From Clostridia bacterium (GTDB lineage Bacteria > Bacillota > Clostridia > UMGS1810): a stretch of 64,000 bases of DNA. The DNA lies in the NCBI GenBank assembly GCA_045541875.1, contig JAZQJX010000099.1, positions 2,684 through 66,683 of the forward strand, given 5' to 3'. The notes below the pieces were generated by a model. The model made no database searches. It saw only the letters and a program-made list of their open reading frames with translations, and had not been told where the DNA came from. Below, piece by piece: positions 10,901 to 18,006 of this stretch. Numbering within the stretch: position 1 is the stretch's first letter; every line of letters starts with the position of its first letter. The position numbers and the translations under genes are program-made.

Positions 10901-11148
10901 GATGTGTTTTTGAAAGACTTGGAGCAACTGTTACATGGGCAGATGGGAAGGTGACCATTGCTTCTTCAAAAACGGCAGTGATAACACCCGGAAGCAAAAC
11001 CTACACGTTAAACGGTAAATCATCAACACTCAAATATTCACCAATCAACATTGATAGTGTTACATATGTTTATCCTAAAGACTTTGACGGAGTTTTAGGT
11101 GTAACATTTTCATATGACAGTTTAGCAAAAATATTGAAGGTGAGTTAG
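7936..11148 (+). CDS. secreted heparinase II/III-like polysaccharide lyase (paralog of 2776-6507) with C-terminal stalk domain, no discoidin domain
   Basis: AAAGGAG RBS and signal peptide. Same architecture and colinear motifs as 2776-6507: IFEAEDMVLG..ASGGKSVK, HPRLFATKDDIETIK, FAGHGGEREL, FADLGNFMIYYKG, KRTISKNCMTVYD. Ends in a copper-amine-oxidase-N-like domain (VPYVPVRCVFERLGATVTWADGKVTI). Confidence 0.75.
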   Translation: MFKLPTIKTLISAFIMLTISTASFGSAYAANKTYNFSTSDSTVIFEAEDMVLGKDASIISGSTASGGKSVKVTATTKNDSADNIKNPTMYADINVDKAGKYSLYARVKSPGVNNNEVFYKHSNNTSYSTFTFTYGTNYTWVKIFDVTIVSGIFSISFKYKEINLEFDKFVFTSKEGFSPTGAYDVPTGEKKLIYNSPEIKPIEGHPRLFATKDDIETIKANTQSEELKTLYATLRSYADSKKSYYVLPDTISSGCNFSGHVTNRLQARAFMSLIGEATSEYNRQTIDWMKSMYATVKWDPSYQDITRTMGELILTGALVYDWCYDDMTSADKEFFIAHFKKVSYTKEIGYPPTKTYAFAGHGGERELFCDLLSAGVACYDEDPEIWELAAGRFFDEYQKSRIEFNKTGSHPVGSSYGQVRYMWELCAATIFDSMGYENIMGEDIGKVVYRYIYHRLPNGLWIKDNDDYTYSSNSATGFTYSMNYGNFYNLAAHLSSDEYVRGEWLKLFSINGYSYITHYMWTMIFSHPEDEIKSLEELPLTYASSYPLTGVTARTGWQAGLDSDTSVIYMKAEEKNTTDTSFADLGNFMIYYKGNLAINGGSYSYANTGGGWGGSHARNYAKRTISKNCMTVYDPNEVFNTFYGQKQNTPLANDGGQFTFTPLVKTSDEYFQTPDLARTDGLYVGPNENTPVFSYVKTDLTNAYSDKITKYSRSMVAINFFDEDIPQGFICFDNMETKAANLKKKWLLQSINEPVVTGNETVIKRTEKGYNGKLTVNTLLPASDNYVIEKVGGEGYDSWVDGKNYPNPDPSGVDSEQGGWRIELSTKTDATHDVFLNAMYVSDADSEVSITPIYEETDSFYGVTMKNNSVYFSKEYNTDKSDSFTITVRDNGYETVNVLVTDVANGKWNVSGTNIVTEVSGNENALCVSIAPGTYTFSKTDLEVSEQTFEEVSRNEIGDFNIYNVKTKLFVYHEDETKLIDGVPYVPVRCVFERLGATVTWADGKVTIASSKTAVITPGSKTYTLNGKSSTLKYSPINIDSVTYVYPKDFDGVLGVTFSYDSLAKILKVS

Positions 11149-11152
11149 GTGA

Positions 11153-13798
11153 ATGACGATGAAAAAATTATTGTTTTTTAGTATAATATTTATTTTTATA
11201 TTTCTCTTTGGAATCAGCGCATTCGCTGTTTCCGAGGGAGACTACATTGTTGCTGGCGAATATAACGGTTCACCGCTTTTATGGAGATGCGTGAGCGTAT
11301 CTGATGAAGGTGTTTATGTTATAAGCGACAAAGTTCTGATGACGCGTTCTTTTAGTTCAGACGGTAATAATCATTGGGAAACATCCGACATCAGAGCCTA
11401 TCTTAACGGTGAGTTCTATGAAAACTGTCTGAAAAATGAAAGTCAGTATATATTATCCGCAAATGTTAAAACAATTTCTGCAACTGATGATAATAGCACT
11501 CAACATATATACAACAATAACTATACATCTTCAATTCAAAATGCTGCAGATGCATATACAGTTGCCACAACAGATAAAGTTTTTCTGCCATCACTGACAG
11601 AAATTCAGCCTCTATACACTAATATAGGAGGCTTCGGTCCTGACTTTTATATGGGAAAAGATGGCGGTGGCAACTATCTTGACTATTATCTCCGCGACGC
11701 GTTGAGTTTTGCGGGTACAAGATATGTAAGATGTGTTTCTTCTCAGATGGACATATATTATTCCACTTCAACCAAGACTTACTATGACAGACTAATCAGG
11801 TTTGCAAGTGCAGATAATGGAGATATAGGCATAAGACCGGCTATTCTCCTTTCAAATGAAGCACCTTTTATAAATGGAGATGGAACACAGTCTGATCCAT
11901 ATGAAGTACCCGGCGGAGTGTATTGCGAAATTACGCTTGAAAAATATGTTGGAAATCAAGGTGATTACTATGTCCCTGATATTTCATACGCTTTGTCAGA
12001 AGAAGGACAGTATATAAAATATTACTGCAATAACCGGGAATATGCAATTGACGAATCTTGTTGTCTTGGATATGGCGAAAACTATCTGTATGCAGTGATA
12101 TATGACATTAACGGAAACAAAGTTTATGTTTCTGAAACGGAATGTCTCTATGGAGTATTCAAAGACCCGGGAACAACTCTTCTTTTTGATGATTTTGAAT
12201 CCGGCAATCCATACTACGATCAGTTCCAAAGCGGACATGGTGTTGTTGAGGGAGATAGCATTGGAATTGAAACTTTAGTTGATGGTAACAATGTTTTGAA
12301 GTTTGATGCTCATTCGGCAAGTACATTTATGAACTCCAGAACCTTCAACAACTACAGAGACACATTGATTTTTGAAACGAATTTTATGCTTTGTGACTGG
12401 AATTTCTCTTCAAGGGCTGTGTTATACATCAGTGCATATAAGGGAGCAACAAAGCAATGGCTTACCCCTGTAACTGTCAGATCATCTGATAAAGCAATGC
12501 TGTTTGATGTCGGCGACACAAATGTCGTTGTTAAATCAGGTGTAGAACTTAACACATGGTATAAAATATCAATTGTTTATGATGTTCCGGCAAATAAATC
12601 AACGTTCTATCTCAATGATGAACCTCTTATTTATAATGCTGATACAGCATATGAATTTGATTACATTTCATATCTCAACATTTCGTATTCCACACCAGAC
12701 GTGAATTCTGTGATGTATTTTGATGATATCGGTGTATATCATTCAAGGCAGGACATGTCCGGAACAAGATTCGGCGAGCCATACTACACAGTAAAAAACA
12801 TAAAGACATATGATTTCTCAACTTCAAATACATCTTTCTCTTTTGCTTATGCAAACACGGAAAATACATATGCTGAAACTATAGAACTAACTGATGATCA
12901 CGGAAAGGTTGCTCATATTAAGACATCAAACAATGATTCTAAGGCATGGATATCATCACCCGGCAGAAGTGTTTTTTCAAATGCACCTCAATCATCCTTC
13001 GGTGCAATGGTGTTTGAATTTGAGTTTAATGTTCTTGAAAATGGTGGCACCAACACACTTCTTGGTGCAATCAGTTACAGAAACCCGGCAAATAAGGAAA
13101 TAACCTGGTGCGTATTGAATTTCAACAATGATGGCAATCTCTACATTGCAAAGGATATAGACTATGGTGCCAACGATATACATTCAAGTGTTTTAGTCAA
13201 AGAATTCAAAAAGAACAAATGGCATAAAGTCAGATATGTGATAGACACCGAAAAATTGCTTATATACATATACTTTGACGGAAAACTATATTCAGAGGTT
13301 GACTGCGGAAGAAGCAGATATACTGGAGATAAAAGCAAATTATTCTCAACGGAATACTCACGAAAGAGTTGCTATCTTGAAATTCAGGCAATGGCTCCCG
13401 GTGCAGGACGTGTAAATGAGATATATGTTGATAACATTTCACACAAATATACTTCATCACCCATAGTCTATAACCTTGAATATATTAATAATTTAGAGGT
13501 TATTGTTAAACGTAGTGAAATCACAGGTACAGATTCACTAAATGTTACTTTCGATGCGGTAAGAGGAGATGAATCCAATGTAATTTGTGTAGCATCAGTT
13601 CTTGAAAATAATGGAGAACTTGTATGTGTTGCCACTAAAAATCTGACATTTTCAGGATCTGACTCTGTGAAAGAGGTGGAACTTGAACTTAGCAATCTTC
13701 CCATCGGTATTGCACAGGGCGGATATACAGTTAATGTTATGGTTTGGAATGCTGATAATCAGAAGCCTTTAGTAAGTAAAATCGTATTACCTGATTGA
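11153..13798 (+). CDS. secreted DUF6273-like domain protein with two LamG-like modules and an Ig-like C-terminus
   Basis: Signal peptide. The N-terminal LLWRCVS...DIRAYLNGEFY...DKVFLPSLTEI...YYLRD...GIRPAILL pattern is typical of DUF6273. Two lectin-fold copies (NTWYKISIVYDVPANKSTFYLND...MYFDDIGVY; NKWHKVRYVIDTEKLLIYIYFDG...IYVDNISHKY). Confidence 0.6.
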   Translation: MTMKKLLFFSIIFIFIFLFGISAFAVSEGDYIVAGEYNGSPLLWRCVSVSDEGVYVISDKVLMTRSFSSDGNNHWETSDIRAYLNGEFYENCLKNESQYILSANVKTISATDDNSTQHIYNNNYTSSIQNAADAYTVATTDKVFLPSLTEIQPLYTNIGGFGPDFYMGKDGGGNYLDYYLRDALSFAGTRYVRCVSSQMDIYYSTSTKTYYDRLIRFASADNGDIGIRPAILLSNEAPFINGDGTQSDPYEVPGGVYCEITLEKYVGNQGDYYVPDISYALSEEGQYIKYYCNNREYAIDESCCLGYGENYLYAVIYDINGNKVYVSETECLYGVFKDPGTTLLFDDFESGNPYYDQFQSGHGVVEGDSIGIETLVDGNNVLKFDAHSASTFMNSRTFNNYRDTLIFETNFMLCDWNFSSRAVLYISAYKGATKQWLTPVTVRSSDKAMLFDVGDTNVVVKSGVELNTWYKISIVYDVPANKSTFYLNDEPLIYNADTAYEFDYISYLNISYSTPDVNSVMYFDDIGVYHSRQDMSGTRFGEPYYTVKNIKTYDFSTSNTSFSFAYANTENTYAETIELTDDHGKVAHIKTSNNDSKAWISSPGRSVFSNAPQSSFGAMVFEFEFNVLENGGTNTLLGAISYRNPANKEITWCVLNFNNDGNLYIAKDIDYGANDIHSSVLVKEFKKNKWHKVRYVIDTEKLLIYIYFDGKLYSEVDCGRSRYTGDKSKLFSTEYSRKSCYLEIQAMAPGAGRVNEIYVDNISHKYTSSPIVYNLEYINNLEVIVKRSEITGTDSLNVTFDAVRGDESNVICVASVLENNGELVCVATKNLTFSGSDSVKEVELELSNLPIGIAQGGYTVNVMVWNADNQKPLVSKIVLPD

Positions 13799-13830
13799 TA
13801 ATTTAACTTTATACATATAGGAGGCAATTT

Positions 13831-14733
13831 ATGAGCATAAATTATGAAAAACAATATGCCAATCTTCATATGCATTCAACACATTCTGACGGAGAATATA
13901 CTCCGTCAGAACTTGTGGCAATTGCAAAAGAAGAAGGTTACAAAGCACTTGCACTTACAGATCACGACACGGTAAGCGGAGTTCCGGAATTTCTCGATGC
14001 ATGCAAAAAAGAAGGTATAGAGTGTGTATCCGGAGTTGAATTTACTTGCCAGGGACTTGGTGAAGATTTCCATCTGACTGCACTTGATTTTGACATTAAC
14101 AATAAAGAAATAATAGAGTACTGCCGTAAAATGGGCGAAAGAGAAACATATCGCACAAAAAGGCTTTTTGATAAGGCGTTGGAAAGAGGCACCATTAAAG
14201 ATGTAACCTGGGAAGAAGTTGAAGAGGCTAACCCCGGTGTTGTGTGGTTTTGCGTTGACCACGTATTCAGAACACATGTAAAAAAAGGGATTCTCACTAT
14301 GTTTGACTATCGCAACTTTTATGATACAAACTTTGGACATGGTCCGGATAATCAGTTTGTGTATGCAGAGATGCCGCACAGATACTACACACCACAGGAA
14401 CTTTGCGATATGGTAAATGCAGCAGGTGGTATAACAGTTCTTGCACACGGTCACAATCAACTTCATTGCATACCAGAACTTGTGAAAATGGGGCTTAAAG
14501 GTCTTGAAGTATGGCACGATCTTATGACACCCGAAGAAAGAGAAGAGGCTGTCAGACTTGCAAAAGAATATAACCTATATATTTCAGGCGGAACAGATCA
14601 TGGCGGAAAGCTTGGTGGTCTTGACAGGTTTGATCCTGAAGGAAAAATTTATGGTAAATATAATCACTTGCCTTTGATGTTTGGCGCATCAGAGGAAAAT
14701 TTCATAGCAATTAAAAACAGAATTTATGGTTAA
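13831..14733 (+). CDS. PHP-domain metal-dependent phosphoesterase (TrpH/YciV-like)
   Basis: AGGAGG RBS. HMHSTHSDGEYTPSELV...ALALTDHDTVSG at the N-terminus, later VLAHG and GGTDHGG. No signal peptide. Confidence 0.8.
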   Translation: MSINYEKQYANLHMHSTHSDGEYTPSELVAIAKEEGYKALALTDHDTVSGVPEFLDACKKEGIECVSGVEFTCQGLGEDFHLTALDFDINNKEIIEYCRKMGERETYRTKRLFDKALERGTIKDVTWEEVEEANPGVVWFCVDHVFRTHVKKGILTMFDYRNFYDTNFGHGPDNQFVYAEMPHRYYTPQELCDMVNAAGGITVLAHGHNQLHCIPELVKMGLKGLEVWHDLMTPEEREEAVRLAKEYNLYISGGTDHGGKLGGLDRFDPEGKIYGKYNHLPLMFGASEENFIAIKNRIYG

Positions 14734-14747
14734 CAAGGAGGTTTACA

Positions 14748-15578
14748 ATGGAAAAAGTTACGGTAAGAGACAAATTATGGCTGTTTGCAAGTCGTCCCCA
14801 TGACGATGATCCATATTTCGGAAGAACTCATGAGGGAACAATCGTGGGATGTGACTGGTCAAGAATTACACCTGCAGAGGGTGCTTTTATGCTTGGCACA
14901 CCAAATCTTATGATGATAATATCAGACGGTATTCCCGTTCCTTATTCAAAAGATGCCAAAGGATATCTTGAAAGTTTCTGCAGACTTAAAAAAGTTCTCT
15001 GGAGTTGTACGGGTTCTGCCGGATTCAGACTTGGCATTGAAGAGGATTTCATTTGTGATATGAAAGAAAAATATCCAAATCTTATGGGCGGATTTTTTGA
15101 TGATTTCTCATGGGATCCTAAATGTACTGAAAAGAGAACTCCACAGCAAGTAAAAGAACTTTTCTCAAATGCAAGAGAAAAGTTTGATAAGGTTTCAAAA
15201 GATATGGAAATCTGGGCAACTTGCTATGTTGAAGAACTTGAAAGTTACCCGGTGGACACATTTGATGATGTTGATGTTCTGACAATCTGGAGTATGCATA
15301 ACGGTTCAAAAGAACGTTATGAAAATAACTTCAAGAAATATGAAGATGCGTTCCCGAACAAGAAAAAAGCCATGGGAATATATATGTATGACTATGTGAA
15401 CAGAGATTTTATTGACCTTGATAATTTTAAAATGCAATGTGAAACAAGTCTCAAATGGCTCAAAGAGGGAAGAATTGACGGAATAATCTTTTTGACCAAC
15501 TGTACAATGGGCATAAAACTTGAAACAGAAAAGTGGCTCAGAAACTGGATTGACGAAGTTGGTGAAGATATTCTTTAA
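14748..15578 (+). CDS. uncharacterised cytoplasmic protein, alternating beta/alpha (TIM-barrel-like) pattern; tandem paralog 1
   Basis: AAGGAGG RBS and no signal peptide. Eight short hydrophobic strand-like segments (KLWLFA, NLMMII, KVLWSC, GGFFDD, EIWATCY, VLTIW, AMGIYMY, GIIFLTNC) alternate with helical stretches. No family recognised. Confidence 0.6.
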   Translation: MEKVTVRDKLWLFASRPHDDDPYFGRTHEGTIVGCDWSRITPAEGAFMLGTPNLMMIISDGIPVPYSKDAKGYLESFCRLKKVLWSCTGSAGFRLGIEEDFICDMKEKYPNLMGGFFDDFSWDPKCTEKRTPQQVKELFSNAREKFDKVSKDMEIWATCYVEELESYPVDTFDDVDVLTIWSMHNGSKERYENNFKKYEDAFPNKKKAMGIYMYDYVNRDFIDLDNFKMQCETSLKWLKEGRIDGIIFLTNCTMGIKLETEKWLRNWIDEVGEDIL

Positions 15579-15614
15579 TTTCTTCAGAAATTTTTGAACT
15601 ATAAGGAGGATAAA

Positions 15615-16454
15615 ATGAGTAACGTAAAAGTAAGAGATAAATTATGGATATTTGCAAGCAAATCTCATGATGATGATCCGTATTTTGGACAATCTAAAGA
15701 TGGAATCCTCACGGGATGTGAGTGGTCAAGAATAACACCGGCTGAAGGTGCTTTTATGCTTGGCACACCAAACTTAATGATGATAGTTTCTGATGGAATC
15801 CCCGTTCCTTATTCAAGAGATGCAATCGGTTATCTTGAAAGTTTTTGCCGTTTAAAAAGAGTATTGTGGAGTTGCACAGGTTCAGGCGGATTCAGAAATG
15901 GAAATGAAGAAGAATTCATTTGTGATATGTCTGAAGAATATCCGAATATTATTGGCGGATTTTTTGATGATGTTACCTGGGATCACAGACATCAGCGTAG
16001 AAGAACACCGGCTGAATGTAAAGAACTTTTTGATAATGCAAGAAAGACTTTTGATGAAGCAGGAAAACCAATGGAAATATGGTCAACCTGTTATTCATCA
16101 CAATTTGATATGTATCCCAAAGATACTTTTGAAAATGTGGATGTTATGACCATATGGGGAATGAGCAGAACTTCTAAAGAAAACTATCTCAATGATTTCA
16201 AGAAGTATGAAGAAGTGTATCCTGAAAAGAAAAAAGCAATAGGAATATATCTTTATCACTATATGGAAAGAAAAGCATGGAATCTTGACATATTCAAAAT
16301 GGAATGTGAAACTGCCTTGGAACTTTTAAAAGAAGGCAGAATTGATGAAATCATATTCCTCACCAACTGCACAATGGGAATCGGTCTTGAAACAGAATAC
16401 TGGCTCCGCAACTGGATTGATGAAGTTGGCGACGAAATTCTTGAAGTTAAATAA
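15615..16454 (+). CDS. uncharacterised cytoplasmic protein; tandem paralog 2
   Basis: ATG 15615 follows AAGGAGGA (15603-15610); the track ORF starts at TTG 15594. Colinear with 14748-15578 over its full length, with long identical runs (WSRITPAEGAFMLGTPNLMMI, GYLESFCRLK, LRNWIDEVG). Confidence 0.6.
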   Translation: MSNVKVRDKLWIFASKSHDDDPYFGQSKDGILTGCEWSRITPAEGAFMLGTPNLMMIVSDGIPVPYSRDAIGYLESFCRLKRVLWSCTGSGGFRNGNEEEFICDMSEEYPNIIGGFFDDVTWDHRHQRRRTPAECKELFDNARKTFDEAGKPMEIWSTCYSSQFDMYPKDTFENVDVMTIWGMSRTSKENYLNDFKKYEEVYPEKKKAIGIYLYHYMERKAWNLDIFKMECETALELLKEGRIDEIIFLTNCTMGIGLETEYWLRNWIDEVGDEILEVK

Positions 16455-16557
16455 TTCTTGTTTCTAAAAAAGCAGGCTGAGCCTGCACCCAAGTCGCGAG
16501 CGTAATTTGATATACATCATATCTCGCGAACTAAATTCTGCGTAATTTCCTATACAG

Positions 16558-16611
16558 TAAAAAAATACGACTCAAAAAATGCTATTGCATTTCCTGAGTC
16601 GTATTTTTTCT
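16558..16611. terminator. bidirectional intrinsic terminator overlapping the AraC gene stop codon
   Basis: ATACGACTCA (16565-16574) pairs with TGAGTCGTAT (16595-16604). An A-run lies on the left and a T-run (16605-16610) on the right, so a U-tail exists on both strands. A second GC hairpin, GCAGGC-TGA-GCCTGC at 16472-16486, has a T-run on the minus strand. Confidence 0.6.
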
Positions 16612-17475
16612 GTACTGCACAGGTGACATACCTGTAATTTTTTTAAATGTGTTTGAAAAATAATATGGAGAGCAGTATTTCAATCTGTTTGAAATATTAT
16701 AAACGGGAATATCTGTATCTGAAAGAAGTCTTTTTGCTTCTTCTATTTTATAGAGATTATACTGTTGTATAATTGAATTATCAGAGTATTTTTTAAATAT
16801 GTTAAAAAGATACGTTTTGCTGTAATTCAATTTGTCACATAGGTAATCTATGGTAAAATCCGAATAGATACTGTCATTTAAAATTCCAAGAATCTTTTTG
16901 TAAATTGCTTTATCAAAATCTTCCTTTGAATCATATGAAACATCGCCATATTTGCTTTCTATGTACTGAATTATTTTTATGATAAAAATCTCAAGATAGT
17001 TTTTGTATAACTGCTGGTTTCCTGTGGGAATGCCGTCTGCCGGCTTCATATTTACGTATTTTCTGTGACTGTCAAATACAGAGTTATCAATGTATGTGTT
17101 GTGAGCAATGGAAATTGTTTTGTTTAAAAGGTTAGTGAGTTCTTCGTTTAATTTCATTTTCAGGTTATCAAAAAGATACATTATCTTGCTGTCTGCCTTA
17201 AAAGATATGAAATAGACAAGAGCATCATCTATACCTGACGGGTTTGTGCAATGTGGCTCATTGGGTTTGTGAAAATATACTTCGCCACTTTCCAGTTCAT
17301 ACTCTTTTTCAGCCGAAAGTTCTCTTACTTTTCCTGAGACAACATATGTAAATTCCCAGAAGTTATGATGTTCTACCACATCTTTAAAATCACTTTTTAT
17401 TGTAAGGGGCTGACAATATATAACTTCACTGATATTTAATAGTGTGGGCATTTTTCTGCCTATATACTGAATCAT
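16582..17475 (-). CDS. AraC family transcriptional regulator (cupin sensor plus HTH_AraC)
   Basis: GAGGTG RBS. N-terminal cupin-like region (GEVYFHKPNEPH); C-terminal AraC HTH (LKYCSPYYFSNTFKKITGMSPVQYRK). Confidence 0.85.
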   Translation of the reverse strand: MIQYIGRKMPTLLNISEVIYCQPLTIKSDFKDVVEHHNFWEFTYVVSGKVRELSAEKEYELESGEVYFHKPNEPHCTNPSGIDDALVYFISFKADSKIMYLFDNLKMKLNEELTNLLNKTISIAHNTYIDNSVFDSHRKYVNMKPADGIPTGNQQLYKNYLEIFIIKIIQYIESKYGDVSYDSKEDFDKAIYKKILGILNDSIYSDFTIDYLCDKLNYSKTYLFNIFKKYSDNSIIQQYNLYKIEEAKRLLSDTDIPVYNISNRLKYCSPYYFSNTFKKITGMSPVQYRKNTTQEMQ

Positions 17476-17600
17476 AATAACACCTCTGCTGTTTTATAAA
17501 CATATGTTATAATATTTGTTTTAATTAGTCAATAGTATTATTACATATTTTTTGCTTGTTCTAAAAATTATTTATCATTGTATAATTATTTAGAGGTGAA

Positions 17601-17990
17601 ATGATGGAATTAGGATATGTTGTTGCAAGAGTATATACTTCATATGCACAGATTCCGATAAAGGATGCTGTTGTGTCGGTATATTCAAATGATGGTAAAG
17701 ACAGCCGACTTATCGGTGTGAGACTGACTGATGAAAGCGGAAAAACCTTGCCTGTTCCCGTGGAAGCACCTAATATGGATTTATCTATGGAACCCGGTAA
17801 TGAAACACCATATTCGGTTGTTAATGTAAGAGTGGACCATCCTGATTATAACACTTTTTATGTTGAAGGAGTCCAGGTTTTTTCAGGGCAGGTGTCGGTT
17901 CAGAATGCAGAAATGATGCCAACGGGAGGACACATTCCATACGATAAAAAATCAAATTTGTATTATATTGAAAAGAATAATATTCTATAG
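17601..17990 (+). CDS. stand-alone protein resembling the N-terminal pre/pro region of the clostridial cortex-lytic enzyme SleC (carboxypeptidase-regulatory-like beta sandwich)
   Basis: AGAGGTGAA RBS. GYVVARVYTSYAQIPIKDAVVSVYS...VRVDHPDYNTFYVEGVQVFSGQVSVQNAEMMP matches, from memory, the start of SleC (G.LTV...IP I.NA.V.I...). Confidence 0.55.
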   Translation: MMELGYVVARVYTSYAQIPIKDAVVSVYSNDGKDSRLIGVRLTDESGKTLPVPVEAPNMDLSMEPGNETPYSVVNVRVDHPDYNTFYVEGVQVFSGQVSVQNAEMMPTGGHIPYDKKSNLYYIEKNNIL

Positions 17991-18006
17991 TTAAAGGAGT
18001 AAATTT

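Noticed and set aside
13906-14517. A 203-aa minus-strand ORF, plus an overlapping 111-aa one, inside the PHP gene.
   Set aside because: The Cys/Phe/Lys-rich sequence is typical of the antisense frame of a real gene. The plus-strand product has an unambiguous PHP signature.
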